Of a DNA stretch of 36,152 bases, positions 10,179 to 18,752 are shown in pieces. A program made the position numbers and the translations under genes. Each line of letters starts with the position of its first letter. Position 1 is the first letter of the stretch. The stretch is from an uncultured bacterium (GTDB taxonomy: Bacteria > Bacteroidota > Bacteroidia > NS11-12g > UBA9320): contig CBDUMX010000001.1 in the NCBI GenBank assembly GCA_965368435.1, positions 1-36,152 on the forward strand, in the 5' to 3' direction. The notes under the pieces were generated by a model. That model ran no database searches. It saw only the letters and a list, made by a program, of their open reading frames with translations, and was not told the DNA's origin.

Positions 10179-12736
10179 AGCTTGTGAATAATCATTTTTT
10201 TAGATAGTTCTTCATCTCCTTGTTTGAGGTGAAAGAAATACAAGCCCTCGCTCAAATGATCAATATCATAACGCACAGATTCCGCATTAGTCTCTAATTC
10301 TTCAGAACTTATTAATTGTCCAATTTCATTATAAATGAGTATCAGCGCATTCTCATCTGATTCAGGATTAAAATATAGGCGGACATATGAAGAGGCGGGG
10401 TTTGGGTGAATATTTAAAGCAGATGAAAAATATATTTCCTCGTACTGGGCTATAGAATCAATATTATTTGCAAGCCATAAACCGCCACTAACACTACCTG
10501 CCCATACTTTTCTACCAGATGGATCATTAGGGTCAATTAAAATTGCGCGGGTTCTTCCACCGATATTGTTCGGACCTCTTTCCATCCAATTAATATCATT
10601 AGAGCCTTCAGCTACTTCACCAACATAAATACCTCTACCGTGGCTTCCAATTACAAATTTGCCATCACTCTCCCTGTATTTAATCATATCCATACGGAGG
10701 TTTGGTAAACTGTTATTTCCCTTTTTCCAAACAGTACTTGCTCCATTTAAGCTGTCAGTATAATACATGCCCAGTTCTGTTGCCAGATAACAAACTGAGG
10801 GGTTCTCTGGGTGAAAACTAGCCCAGCGAATAGGGATATTAGGCAAGTTAGTGTCAAGATTAACCCAATCGGGATCATTGGCATTTGCATTATAGGTCTC
10901 AAATACGCTCAGAATATTGTAGTTTGAATAAACTACCAGAACGTGATTGTCGTCTCGAGGATCTACCAATATACAATTAATGTAACCACCTTGTGGTAAC
11001 TCAAAGTTTCTGTCCATTGGGATCGGAATATAGGTGTCGTCGGTTATATGAGCATTCTCAATACGATAGGGATATGAATTTGTATTTCCCCCAACAACAC
11101 GAGCTATGTAAACATTATTTGGTGTTGATTTACTGCTAGCAACAGCGCTTATCACCCCAAAGCTTCTTGTGCATTTCTGCCAGGCACTATCGGTAGAAGT
11201 GCGCGCATTTGAAAACCTCCACAAGCCTCTATCAGAAGCCATATATAATATTTGAGGATTAGAAGCGTCCATTATCATAGGATTGATGAACAAGGTATTA
11301 TCGTTCTGTATATAAGGATTGGTAATAGTATCTCTAACACCTTTGTATGTTCTAAACATTCGTCGGAGCTGAGTTGTAGTATAAAGGTAGTCTCCGTCTT
11401 CATAATCTATGGCACAGAAGCCTCCATCTGCCCAACTGACGTTTTCAAATTCACTTACTCCATTTGATATTGATTTGTTTGAACCATTGTCTTGTGTACC
11501 ACCCAATACCATCTCATCATCTACAGATGGATGTATATCGCAGCTATAAAACTGTGTAACATTATAGTTTTGGTTCATATTGACGAAGTATGGTATTTCA
11601 TCCCTAAAATTATTGCATCTGTATATTCCACCATCATTGCCAAAATAAACCGTATCGGAATTCTTGAATATTATTTCGTGTTGATCAACATGTACGTATT
11701 GTAAAGTCGAATTGGTCTTTCTTCTATCTCCTTCTGTGAGTTGTTGCCATGATTGCCCACCATCTCTACTTCTCCAAAGATTCAAACCACCAATCACTAC
11801 TACATTTGGATTATTTGGGTCGACTTGGATGATTAAATCATACCAAGCTTGCACATTTGCCATCTTTCTATTTCCATCTGGCAAGCTCACGGCATTCCAG
11901 TTTAAACCTTGGTCCAATGATTTATAAATACCCTCTATACTGTCGCGAGTATTACCGCTAGGTCTTCGTTCAGCAATAGCATAAATAACATTGCTGTCGC
12001 TTTGAGCCGTTGCAATTTCAATTCTCCATACATTGCTAGCAAATCCATTCATTCTACGTTCCCATTCACCACTATTTCCTGTTTCTGAATAGTAAATACC
12101 GTCGTATTCACTCATTCCCATGCTCACGAACATGCCGCCATTAGCTGCCAATTCAATATCAGAAGCTGTATTAACATTTGCTCCATTGTTTTGCCCTAGT
12201 ACCTGTTCCCAGCTATTGCCGCCGTCTGTAGAGCGCATAAGTCCAGAACTTCTCGTGCACACATAAACATCGCTGGTCATTGGATGTACAGCGATATCTT
12301 GGCAATAAAAGAAAATTGAAGTATCCGTAGATGCAAGCCTAGACCATGATTCTCCACCATCAATTGTTTTCCATATCCCAGCACCTCTAGCGGCATCAGC
12401 GTTAAACCAACCTTCACCAGTACAGAAGTAAAAAACAGATGTATTATTTGGATCGAAGGCAATTTTTGTAACACTCAAAGTTGCAAATTGATCATCTACT
12501 GGTCCCCAGCTGTTAGGATAGTAACGCTCCGTTTTATTCAACGTTTGCGCTCCTAAATGCTGTTTATCTAAATACTTAAACTTGAGGTGTGATGGAAGCT
12601 CTCCTGTTTGTGGGTCAGCAGTTCTCAAAACTTCAAATTGCATTGAAGCGGGTGCTTGCTCAGCAGTGATATCGCTTTGACTCACACAGGAACCCAATGC
12701 AAGTATTAACAATGTGATATAGTGCAGATTTCTCAT
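10175..12736 (-). CDS. BNR/Asp-box repeat beta-propeller protein (sortilin/VPS10- or GH74-like) with T9SS C-terminal sorting domain
   Basis: 853 aa. Lipobox-like ALGSC. Asp-boxes TIDGGESWSRL, STDGGNSWEQV, SLDQGLNWNAV, SRDGGQSWQQL. C-terminal NIHPNPASSYVRLYF...GLYFFHLKQ is a T9SS CTD. Confidence 0.85.
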   Translation of the reverse strand: MRNLHYITLLILALGSCVSQSDITAEQAPASMQFEVLRTADPQTGELPSHLKFKYLDKQHLGAQTLNKTERYYPNSWGPVDDQFATLSVTKIAFDPNNTSVFYFCTGEGWFNADAARGAGIWKTIDGGESWSRLASTDTSIFFYCQDIAVHPMTSDVYVCTRSSGLMRSTDGGNSWEQVLGQNNGANVNTASDIELAANGGMFVSMGMSEYDGIYYSETGNSGEWERRMNGFASNVWRIEIATAQSDSNVIYAIAERRPSGNTRDSIEGIYKSLDQGLNWNAVSLPDGNRKMANVQAWYDLIIQVDPNNPNVVVIGGLNLWRSRDGGQSWQQLTEGDRRKTNSTLQYVHVDQHEIIFKNSDTVYFGNDGGIYRCNNFRDEIPYFVNMNQNYNVTQFYSCDIHPSVDDEMVLGGTQDNGSNKSISNGVSEFENVSWADGGFCAIDYEDGDYLYTTTQLRRMFRTYKGVRDTITNPYIQNDNTLFINPMIMDASNPQILYMASDRGLWRFSNARTSTDSAWQKCTRSFGVISAVASSKSTPNNVYIARVVGGNTNSYPYRIENAHITDDTYIPIPMDRNFELPQGGYINCILVDPRDDNHVLVVYSNYNILSVFETYNANANDPDWVNLDTNLPNIPIRWASFHPENPSVCYLATELGMYYTDSLNGASTVWKKGNNSLPNLRMDMIKYRESDGKFVIGSHGRGIYVGEVAEGSNDINWMERGPNNIGGRTRAILIDPNDPSGRKVWAGSVSGGLWLANNIDSIAQYEEIYFSSALNIHPNPASSYVRLYFNPESDENALILIYNEIGQLISSEELETNAESVRYDIDHLSEGLYFFHLKQGDEELSKKMIIHKL

Positions 12737-13092
12737 CCCTGAATCCTGTATTTTGTTTGCCCCACGTATTTCAAAGGTGGGTCTTTCTTAATAAGTTCAA
12801 CTGTCCATATTGCATCTTTAGACAGCAATTTCATTTCGTCAAATATAGCTTTGCAACAGTGTTCTATTAGCTTATGTTCATTCTTCATCTCAGAAATTAC
12901 TTTCTCCTGTATTAATTCATAATTGATAGTAGACGACAAAGCGTCGAAACTTTGCCTTTCATCCGCTGTAGACTGCATATAAACATTAATTATATACATC
13001 CCACCTATGCTTCGTTCTTCCTTATACCAACCATGTTTCGCCCTCAGCTCGATGTTTTCCACGCTTAGTATAGTATCAATTCTGCTATCCAT
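12733..13092 (-). CDS. folB: Dihydroneopterin aldolase
   Basis: 119 aa. VENIELRAKHGWYKEERSIGGMYIINVYM matches the FolB N-terminal block, and the size is right. Its stop overlaps the start of the BNR gene (ATGA). Confidence 0.8.
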   Translation of the reverse strand: MDSRIDTILSVENIELRAKHGWYKEERSIGGMYIINVYMQSTADERQSFDALSSTINYELIQEKVISEMKNEHKLIEHCCKAIFDEMKLLSKDAIWTVELIKKDPPLKYVGQTKYRIQG

Positions 13093-13114
13093 CTAATAAT
13101 CTTGAGTTAATTTT

Positions 13115-13122
13115 TAATTTTG
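13115..13122 (+). promoter_or_regulatory. Candidate Bacteroidetes -7 box (TAATTTTG) for the glutaryl-CoA dehydrogenase run
   Basis: Matches TAnnTTTG, 19 nt upstream of ATG 13142. No convincing -33 element seen. Confidence 0.3.
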
Positions 13123-13141
13123 CAAACATATTCAAAATCGA

Positions 13142-14359
13142 ATGACAGAAGCTGAAATCAACAAGCTCAAGGAGCTAAATAAAGGTAAAGATACTTTTAA
13201 GCATCCTGATTTTTATCAAATCGATGACTTACTTAGTGAAGAGCATAAGTTGGTGAGAGATTCTGTGCGGTCCTATGTTAAGCGTGAACTAAGCCCGATA
13301 ATTGAGGCCTGTGCTGAGAACAACTACTTTCCAACGCATATAGTTCGGCAGCTAGGTGAGGCAGGATGTTTTGGTCCTCAAATTCCAGCAGAGTACGGTG
13401 GTGGAGGTCTTGATTATATTTCATATGGAATAGCTATGCAAGAATTGGAACGATGCGATAGCGGGATACGATCAACAGCTAGTGTGCAAGGCTCGTTGGT
13501 AATGTTCCCCATATATAAATTTGGCTCGGAAGAACAAAAGCACAAATACTTGCCAAAACTAGCTTCTGGAGAGTTTCTCGGCTGCTTTGGCCTCACTGAA
13601 CCAGATCACGGTTCAAATCCCAATGGTATGACAACCAACTTCGTTGACAAAGGAGATTATGTGCTTCTCAATGGGGCTAAAATGTGGATTTCCAATTCTC
13701 CACATGCCGACATAGCCGTTGTTTGGGCAAAAAACGAAGAGGGAAAAGTTCAAGGACTTATAGTTGAAAGAGGAATGGAAGGTTTCAGCACGCCTGAAAC
13801 ACATGGCAAATGGAGTTTAAGAGCTAGTGCAACGGGTGAATTAGTTTTTGATAATGTTAAAGTACCTAAAAGCAATATTCTTCCCAATGTGGTGGGATTA
13901 AAAGGACCATTGAGTTGCCTTAATTCTGCCCGATATGGTATAAGCTGGGGCGTTATTGGCGCTGCCATGGATTGCTATGAATCAGCTGTTAAATATTCCA
14001 AAGAAAGAATTCAATTTGGCAAACCCATAGGAGGTTTCCAATTACAACAAAAGAAATTAGCCGAAATGCTAACTGAAATCACCAAGGCTCAGCTTGTAGT
14101 CTGGAGGTTAGGTAAGCTTATGAATGAAGGCAAGGCTACGCCTGCACAAATTTCAATGGCTAAACGAAATAATGTAGAGATAGCAATGAATATTGCGCGT
14201 GAAGCTCGACAAATGCACGGGGGCATGGGGATTACAGGAGAATACCCGATGATGCGCCATATGATGAATTTGGAATCAGTGGTGACTTATGAAGGAACAC
14301 ATGATATTCATCTCTTAATTTTAGGAATGGAAATAACAGGAGAAAATGCGTTTGCTTAA
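13142..14359 (+). CDS. gcdH: Glutaryl-CoA dehydrogenase (acyl-CoA dehydrogenase family)
   Basis: 405 aa. SVQGSLVMFPI..FGSEEQK.KYLPKLASGE..GCFGLTEPDHGSNP, LKGPLSCLNSARYGISWG and YEGTHDIHLLILG are blocks characteristic of GCDH. Confidence 0.85.
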   Translation: MTEAEINKLKELNKGKDTFKHPDFYQIDDLLSEEHKLVRDSVRSYVKRELSPIIEACAENNYFPTHIVRQLGEAGCFGPQIPAEYGGGGLDYISYGIAMQELERCDSGIRSTASVQGSLVMFPIYKFGSEEQKHKYLPKLASGEFLGCFGLTEPDHGSNPNGMTTNFVDKGDYVLLNGAKMWISNSPHADIAVVWAKNEEGKVQGLIVERGMEGFSTPETHGKWSLRASATGELVFDNVKVPKSNILPNVVGLKGPLSCLNSARYGISWGVIGAAMDCYESAVKYSKERIQFGKPIGGFQLQQKKLAEMLTEITKAQLVVWRLGKLMNEGKATPAQISMAKRNNVEIAMNIAREARQMHGGMGITGEYPMMRHMMNLESVVTYEGTHDIHLLILGMEITGENAFA

Positions 14360-15431
14360 ATACTTCATCTTATTTTCTGTACTAGCACTAGGCTGCAAGT
14401 CCAACCTTCCCTTTGGTTACGACTATACGCCGGTCTTGTTACATCTCGATAAAAACAAGCAACACGACTCCATTGGTTATAATTTGGCCAGTGAGATTCC
14501 AAAACTTGTATACGCCAAAATCTTGAGCAACGATATTGCCCTCTGGAGTTCTCCTGATAAGCAAGTTCAAATCACCCCCAATTCTTTTATAGAAATGGAA
14601 AAGACAGCGATGTATCCCTTTGTTGAAAGCAATAACTTCTTCATTCATGAAGTGTGGCGTATCTATAAACGCAATTATAGTTTTGGAGTTATTGGGTTCT
14701 CGTTTGCAGGTGAAACCAGATCTGGAAGAAAAATTAATTATGGATATATAGATGCTACTGATGTAATTGAACTCATGCGAGCGAGAAACATACCTTCAAA
14801 TGCAAATGGATCAGGATATCTCAGCTTTTGGGATGCCCTGCATAGCAAAACCTACAATTTTAACCTCGTGCAGTTTGGAAAAGATGATTTCAAGGCAAAT
14901 CCAATGCGATCTTTCGAACTTAAAGATCAGGCCATCTATAGTTCTAAAATTAAGCGCAATCTTTATCAAATAAGATTAGACAAGGAAATTGAATACAAAA
15001 TCCTGTCCCCATCTATCAATTCAAACCCAGACAATTCAACACTTTATAAGACATTCGAAAAGTTTGTTAACGACAATAAACAAACCATATTGAATGCAGG
15101 TGGAGATGAGTATTTTACGCATATCGCCAATACAGAATGGAAAATAGATAATATCATTATTACAGAAAAGTGGTCTAAGTTTAACAGCCTTCCATTCCAA
15201 GAATTACTAAAAATTCAATTATTCATCAAGGGCAAGGGCATCACCTTAAAAAAGAAAGATCTGGATGAAATGGGGATTAAAATTAATCTACAAGGACCAG
15301 AAGAATACCTCAGTGGGAAAAGCTTTTCATTCGTAATAATGAGAATCAATAATCAAGAAATATTAAATCAAGATTCTGAATACTACTATCAATCTCTGCT
15401 CAACGGTAAGTGGAATAAGTTAAAGAAATAA
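14346..15431 (+). CDS. Lipoprotein of unknown function (possible distant GldN/PorN-like fold)
   Basis: 361 aa. Lipobox LALGC. Overlaps the gcdH stop by 14 nt and ends 1 nt before the next ATG. No recognisable catalytic motifs. Confidence 0.7.
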   Translation: MRLLKYFILFSVLALGCKSNLPFGYDYTPVLLHLDKNKQHDSIGYNLASEIPKLVYAKILSNDIALWSSPDKQVQITPNSFIEMEKTAMYPFVESNNFFIHEVWRIYKRNYSFGVIGFSFAGETRSGRKINYGYIDATDVIELMRARNIPSNANGSGYLSFWDALHSKTYNFNLVQFGKDDFKANPMRSFELKDQAIYSSKIKRNLYQIRLDKEIEYKILSPSINSNPDNSTLYKTFEKFVNDNKQTILNAGGDEYFTHIANTEWKIDNIIITEKWSKFNSLPFQELLKIQLFIKGKGITLKKKDLDEMGIKINLQGPEEYLSGKSFSFVIMRINNQEILNQDSEYYYQSLLNGKWNKLKK

Positions 15432-15432
15432 A

Positions 15433-16830
15433 ATGACGAATATAAAATTTGGTACAGATGGCTGGAGAGCCATAATTGCAAAAGAATATACAACGGATAA
15501 TGTTGCCAGAGTTGCATATGCTACTGCACAATGGATAAATAAACAAGGGAATAAAAAAGTAGTAATTGGGCATGATTGCAGGTTTGCAGGCGAGTTATTT
15601 ATGCAAACTACTATCAGCGTATTCTTAGAGCAAGGCTTAGAAGTAATAATGTCAAAAGGCTTTGTCTCAACTCCTATGGTTTCCCTGTCTACCTTGAAGC
15701 ACAATGCTTTTGCAGGTATAGTTATAACTGCTAGTCACAACCCTCCATCATACAATGGTTTCAAGATTAAGGCCAACTATGGCGGACCGGCAATACAATC
15801 AGAAATTGATGCTGTAGAGGCGCTAATTCCTGAATATCATAAGGTAGAGATACTTGAGATGTCGGAAATAGAAGCGCATAGCAATGTTCGACTTATTGAT
15901 ATGGAGCAAGAATATATTGACCATGTGAATGAGCATTTTGATATAGCAGCAATTAGAAATAGCGATATGAAATTCGCATATGATGCCATGTATGGGGCAG
16001 GCCAAAATGTAATTAGAAGAATTCTGCCTGAAGTTGAGTTATTGCATGCTGATTATAACCCGAGTTTTATGGGTCAGGCACCAGAACCAATTGCGAAAAA
16101 TTTAAAAGAACTTTCAGCAAAAATTAAGGATAGTTCAACTATTGTCAGTGGATTGGCAACAGATGGAGATGCAGACAGAATTGGACTTTTTGATGAGAAT
16201 GGAAAATTTGTTGATTCTCATCACATCATTCTGCTGTTGATCAGATATTTAGTTGAATTCAAACAAGTGAAAGGTAAGGTTCACACAAGCTTCAGTTGCA
16301 CTTCTAAAATTAAAAATCTTTGCGACCATTACGGTTTAGAACATAGCACAACTAAAATCGGATTCAAATATATCTGCAAGCAGATGATAGAGGAGCCAAG
16401 CTTATTAGGCGGTGAAGAAAGCGGTGGTATAGCCGTTAGCACTCACATTCCAGAACGAGATGGAATTTGGATGGGACTTATACTGTGGGAGTATATGGTT
16501 AAAACCGGCAAAAAATTAAGTGAACTTATTTCAGAGATTTATGAGATTATTGGCTCATTTGCGATGGAGCGTTACGACTTAAAAGTTCCAGAAATCAGTA
16601 AGACTGAAATAATTGAAAAATGCAAGAATAAAGCCTATACAAGTTTCGGTGATTATGTAGTTCAAGGACATGAGACTATCGACGGCTTTAAATTCATACT
16701 CTCAGAAGATTCTTGGGTTATGATTAGGCCTTCAGGCACTGAACCACTATTAAGGGTCTATGGTCAATCAACTGACTATGAATCGACTATAAAAATTCTT
16801 GATCAAACAAAAGCTACCATACTTGCGTAA
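15433..16830 (+). CDS. Alpha-D-phosphohexomutase (phosphoglucomutase/phosphomannomutase family)
   Basis: 465 aa. Active-site TASHNPPSYNGFK, Mg loop ATDGDADR, sugar loop GGEESGG, phosphate loop RPSGTEPLLRVY. Confidence 0.9.
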   Translation: MTNIKFGTDGWRAIIAKEYTTDNVARVAYATAQWINKQGNKKVVIGHDCRFAGELFMQTTISVFLEQGLEVIMSKGFVSTPMVSLSTLKHNAFAGIVITASHNPPSYNGFKIKANYGGPAIQSEIDAVEALIPEYHKVEILEMSEIEAHSNVRLIDMEQEYIDHVNEHFDIAAIRNSDMKFAYDAMYGAGQNVIRRILPEVELLHADYNPSFMGQAPEPIAKNLKELSAKIKDSSTIVSGLATDGDADRIGLFDENGKFVDSHHIILLLIRYLVEFKQVKGKVHTSFSCTSKIKNLCDHYGLEHSTTKIGFKYICKQMIEEPSLLGGEESGGIAVSTHIPERDGIWMGLILWEYMVKTGKKLSELISEIYEIIGSFAMERYDLKVPEISKTEIIEKCKNKAYTSFGDYVVQGHETIDGFKFILSEDSWVMIRPSGTEPLLRVYGQSTDYESTIKILDQTKATILA

Positions 16831-17722
16831 GTTAAGCTGCATATTGCTGCTAATATTTTGTTTAAATGTAGATGCTCAGGACAGTATCAATTACAAGCTG
16901 AGGAAGCAAATTGTAGTTGGAGGAAACGCTGTAGCCTATTCAGCTAGCATGGTCGGTTTATACTCGCTTTGGTATAAAGACTATCCACTCACTCCTTTTC
17001 ACTTCTTTAATGATAATAAGGAATGGAATCAAATGGACAAAGTTGGACATGCATATAGCTGCTATTATGAAGGGTTAGTGGGCATTAGCATGATGAAATG
17101 GGCTGGCTATAATCACAAAGTTTCTTCTATTATAGGCGGCTCTTACGGTTTTTTAATACAAGCCGGTGTAGAAGTCTTTGATGGATTTTCAGAAGCTTGG
17201 GGAGCATCAACTGGTGATTTACTATCAAATGCTGTAGGCTCAGCTATGGTTATTGGTCAAAGTCTTGCATGGGATGAGCAAAGAATACTGATCAAGTACA
17301 GCTATTTGCCAAGCGAGTATGCAGCAATTCGTCCAAACGTTCTCGGATCAAATGGAATTGAGCGAATATTCAAAGACTATAATGGTCAAACCTATTGGTT
17401 GAGTGTTAATCCACGCTCATTTGCAACGGGAAGTTCATGGCCAAATTGGTTAAATATTGCTATTGGGTATGGTATAGATGGATTTGTAGGTGGACATACC
17501 AATGAATATGAACTTGCCGACGGATCACTATACCGGGGCGTTCCAAATAGTGCCAGGATACGACAGTGGTATCTTTCTCCGGATATAGATCTAAGCAGAA
17601 TTAAGACTGATAATAAAGCACTTAGAATTGGACTCACTTTACTGAATAGCCTTAAGTTCCCACTTCCTACCTTGGAATACAATTCACAAGAAAAGTTTAA
17701 ATTGCATGCAGTGAAATTTTAA
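16823..17722 (+). CDS. DUF2279 (YfiM-like) secreted or lipoprotein-family protein
   Basis: The ORF track starts at TTG 16799. An in-frame TTG at 16823 gives a clean signal peptide, M-RKLSCILLLIFCLNVDA-Q. The DKVGHAYSCYY block is typical of DUF2279. Confidence 0.65.
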   Translation: MRKLSCILLLIFCLNVDAQDSINYKLRKQIVVGGNAVAYSASMVGLYSLWYKDYPLTPFHFFNDNKEWNQMDKVGHAYSCYYEGLVGISMMKWAGYNHKVSSIIGGSYGFLIQAGVEVFDGFSEAWGASTGDLLSNAVGSAMVIGQSLAWDEQRILIKYSYLPSEYAAIRPNVLGSNGIERIFKDYNGQTYWLSVNPRSFATGSSWPNWLNIAIGYGIDGFVGGHTNEYELADGSLYRGVPNSARIRQWYLSPDIDLSRIKTDNKALRIGLTLLNSLKFPLPTLEYNSQEKFKLHAVKF

Positions 17723-17733
17723 ATGGATTTACT

Positions 17734-18327
17734 ATGGAAATGGCTAAATCAATACCTGAATACTTTGAATCCAATAAGGAATGGCATGCTGAACTAGACT
17801 ATTTAAGACATCTACTCTTAGGAACAGAACTGGTTGAAACATTAAAATGGGGCATCCCCACATATACCATCGCAAACAAAAATGTTTTAGGCATAGCCGC
17901 TTTTAAGTCCTATGTCGGAATGTGGTTTTATCAGGGCGTATTTCTCACCGATCACGCAAATGTTCTGATAAACGCTCAAGAAGGTGTGACCAAAGGTATG
18001 AGACAATGGAGATTTTCATCCATTGAAGAAATGAACGCTTCCTTGATTCTCTCATATGTTGAAGAAGCTATTCAGAATCAGAAAGAGGGCAAGGAAATAA
18101 AAATAGAGCGAAATAAAGCATTTGATATTCCAGCTGAGTTAAAGGATGTACTCAACAAGGATGCAAAACTTAATACAGCATTTAAACGGCTGACGTCATT
18201 TAAGCAGAAGGAATATGCCCAGTACATTGAAAGTGCCAAGCAGCAAGCCACTAAGTTAAAGAGAATCGATAAAATTTGTCCCATGATACTTGACAACATA
18301 GGATTAAACGATAAATATCGAAAATGA
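17734..18327 (+). CDS. DUF1801 (YdhG-like) plus YdeI/OmpD-associated domain protein
   Basis: 197 aa. N-terminus EYFESNKEWHAELDYLRHLLL..ETLKWGIPTY. The C-terminus (LTSFKQKEYAQYIESAKQQATKLKRIDK) resembles the YdeI C-terminal domain. Confidence 0.65.
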   Translation: MEMAKSIPEYFESNKEWHAELDYLRHLLLGTELVETLKWGIPTYTIANKNVLGIAAFKSYVGMWFYQGVFLTDHANVLINAQEGVTKGMRQWRFSSIEEMNASLILSYVEEAIQNQKEGKEIKIERNKAFDIPAELKDVLNKDAKLNTAFKRLTSFKQKEYAQYIESAKQQATKLKRIDKICPMILDNIGLNDKYRK

Positions 18328-18617
18328 GTTGGGGTTTCACAGCCGCCATGAAATCTAGTCTCAAGACTAATGCTGGCCTTCTTAAAGGAAAAACTTCCTT
18401 CAATGAACGAAGAAGCATGTACAATGGAGCTCTGAATGAAATAGAGTCAAGCTCGAATAAGGAAAGTCTAAGCAAAGAAGAGATTAACGAAATTCGGAGA
18501 GCAGTCCGACTGAGGATCAAAAAAAGAAACAGATATAATACCACAGTACTTCTCATCGGTATTTTAATTGCGCTGTCTCTAGTATCTCCTATATTTTATT
18601 GGTTACTAAGAGGCTAG
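18324..18617 (+). CDS. Small C-terminally membrane-anchored protein, unknown function
   Basis: 97 aa. ATGA overlap with the upstream gene. Charged N-terminal part, then a single TM helix VLLIGILIALSLVSPIFYWLL. Confidence 0.55.
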   Translation: MSWGFTAAMKSSLKTNAGLLKGKTSFNERRSMYNGALNEIESSSNKESLSKEEINEIRRAVRLRIKKRNRYNTTVLLIGILIALSLVSPIFYWLLRG

Positions 18618-18663
18618 CTAAAATCACTGCTTTAATATTACGTTAAAGTGTCACTTATTTGAT

Positions 18664-18671
18664 TACCTTTG
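18664..18671 (+). promoter_or_regulatory. Candidate Bacteroidetes -7 box (TACCTTTG) for the DEAD-box helicase
   Basis: Matches TAnnTTTG about 80 nt upstream of ATG 18751, which implies a ~70-nt leader. No properly spaced -33 TTTG seen. Confidence 0.3.
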
Positions 18672-18717
18672 CAGCCGTTAAAACGAAGGGAGCATCTTGG
18701 TTTAAAAACACGTCGAT

Positions 18718-18752
18718 ATGTGCTCTGAGATTTTAACTTTATAAGAGCACAT
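18718..18752 (+). promoter_or_regulatory. Leader hairpin that pairs with the helicase start codon, overlapping an 8-codon uORF
   Basis: ATGTGCTCT (18718-18726) is the perfect reverse complement of AGAGCACAT (18744-18752), with a 17-nt loop. The 3' arm contains the AT of ATG 18751. The 5' arm begins with an ATG that opens MCSEILTL-stop (18718-18744). Confidence 0.45.

Noticed and set aside
13610-13620. GGTTCAAATCC, a tRNA T-arm-like string
   Set aside because: It lies inside the conserved EPDHGSNP block of glutaryl-CoA dehydrogenase, and no cloverleaf can be drawn around it.
15420-15704. 94-aa minus-strand ORF
   Set aside because: It is antisense to the N-terminus of the phosphohexomutase, which has all four catalytic loops.
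18251-18556. 101-aa minus-strand ORF
   Set aside because: It is antisense to two tightly coupled plus-strand genes and is Leu/Ser/Arg-rich like a typical shadow frame.
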